A DNA stretch of 64,000 nt from IMG/VR virus record IMGVR_UViG_3300044707_000932, positions 1 through 64,000 of that record; one strand, written 5' to 3'. How positions within the stretch are numbered: the stretch's first letter is position 1; each line of letters opens with the position of its first letter. Both the position numbers and the translations under genes were made by a program. Below are positions 62,907-64,000 of this stretch, one piece after another. This DNA comes from a virus. The notes beneath the pieces were generated by a model. It did no database searches, was not told where the DNA came from, and saw only the letters and a program-made list of their open reading frames with translations.

Positions 62907-64000
62907 ATGAGTGACCAGAATCTAACCATATGGCAGAGGTTGTCCAAGACATTTGGACCGAATTCTCTGCTTAATCAGGATTATCCGACCTTCAAATTTG
63001 ATAAGACCGAACTTCTCAGAACACAGAGCAAACAAGAATATGAGAAAGAAAAATTACAAGCACAACAATCCTATTTTCTGGCCAATCAATGGGCAAAAGT
63101 AGAAAATAACCTATATTCTCAAGCAATATATTATGAACCATCGAGATTGTCAGCACAATACGATTACGAATCCATGGAGTATACTCCTGAAATATCTGCC
63201 GCTTTAGACATTTATGCTGAGGAGTCTACTACAACAAATGAAGATGGTTTTATCTTACAAATTTATTCTGAATCAAAAAGGATAAAAGGTGTATTAGCCG
63301 ACTTGTTCAATAATAATTTGGACATCAATACTAACTTACCTATGTGGACAAGGAACACATGTAAGTATGGTGATAATTTCGTTTATTTAAAATTAGACCC
63401 CGAAAGAGGGGTAGTAGGTTGTCAACAACTACCAACAATTGAAATTGAAAGGAGAGAAGTTGGAACAAGTCAAAAAATTACTGTTGAACCTGAAAGACCT
63501 GAAGATAGAAAAGCTCTACATTTCGATTGGAAAAACAAAAATATGACATTTCAATCTTGGGAAATTGCTCATTTCAGATTATTAGGTGATGATAGAAGGT
63601 TGCCATATGGAACCTCTATGTTAGAAAAAGCCAGAAGAATTTGGAAACAACTTTTGTTATCTGAAGATGCTATGTTGATATATCGTACATCAAGAGCACC
63701 TGAGAGGAGAATTTTCAAGGTCTTTGTCGGAAACATGAATGACGATGATGTTGAAGCATATGTACAACGTGTGGCCAATAAGTTCAAAAGGGAACAGATT
63801 GTCGACAGTAAAACTGGTCAGGTTGACATGAGGTTCAATCAAATGGCTGTTGACCAAGATTACTTTGTACCTGTAAGAGACCCTGCTACACCAAGTCCTA
63901 TTGAAACATTACCTGGTGCTACAAATTTATCAGAGATTGCTGATATTGAGTACATTCAAAAAAAGTTATTGACCGCACTTCGTGTACCAAAAGCCTTTTT
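62907..64000 (+). CDS. Portal protein (T4 gp20-like), 3'-truncated by the window end
   Basis: Read from the sequence: DYESMEYTPEISAALDIYAEE, LSEDAMLIYRTSRAPERRIF, IETLPG, DIEY.QKKL..ALRVPK. Confidence 0.9.
   Translation, partial: MSDQNLTIWQRLSKTFGPNSLLNQDYPTFKFDKTELLRTQSKQEYEKEKLQAQQSYFLANQWAKVENNLYSQAIYYEPSRLSAQYDYESMEYTPEISAALDIYAEESTTTNEDGFILQIYSESKRIKGVLADLFNNNLDINTNLPMWTRNTCKYGDNFVYLKLDPERGVVGCQQLPTIEIERREVGTSQKITVEPERPEDRKALHFDWKNKNMTFQSWEIAHFRLLGDDRRLPYGTSMLEKARRIWKQLLLSEDAMLIYRTSRAPERRIFKVFVGNMNDDDVEAYVQRVANKFKREQIVDSKTGQVDMRFNQMAVDQDYFVPVRDPATPSPIETLPGATNLSEIADIEYIQKKLLTALRVPKAF

Noticed and set aside
1-64000. Genome-wide stop-codon reassignment
   Set aside because: Long genes are intact in code 11, TAA, TAG and TGA all end genes, and no suppressor-anticodon tRNA was found.

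Overview
This 64-kb, AT-rich, gene-dense window is part of a large tailed dsDNA phage genome (jumbo-phage-like, T4-type head module). It carries a terminase large subunit and the start of a gp20-type portal at the right end, a GH19 endolysin, thyA, ppk2, ClpP, an N-domain-less ClpC-like ATPase, Hsp20, two carbamoyltransferases, two 2OG-Fe(II) oxygenase-like genes, 16 tRNA genes and a tmRNA. TAnnTTTG promoters, a T9SS C-terminal sorting domain and an Oar-like TonB-dependent receptor point to a Bacteroidota host. A recurrent ATATTTAT motif precedes many virion-type genes and is a likely phage (late) promoter. The strongest candidate for an undescribed system is at 34627-34800. A 26-codon leader ORF, too short for the ORF track, overlaps a 12-bp antiterminator for an intrinsic terminator that sits directly in front of a tRNA array. 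Twelve consecutive leader codons are read by exactly the eight tRNA species encoded downstream (Glu, Cys, His, Ile-GAU, Trp, Ile2-CAU, Gln, Ser-GCU). This looks like a ribosome-stalling attenuator that switches on phage replacement tRNAs, plus an RNA-repair-type HAD phosphatase, when any of those host tRNAs is depleted. Other notable items are a secreted CsgG/cohesin/dockerin/C-type-lectin/T9SS operon, several structured non-tRNA RNAs inside the tRNA arrays, a tmRNA with an unusually long tag, a CDS running into a tRNA, and putative capsid-targeting leaders on enzymes such as PPK2. All product calls come from motif recognition by eye; no searches were run.
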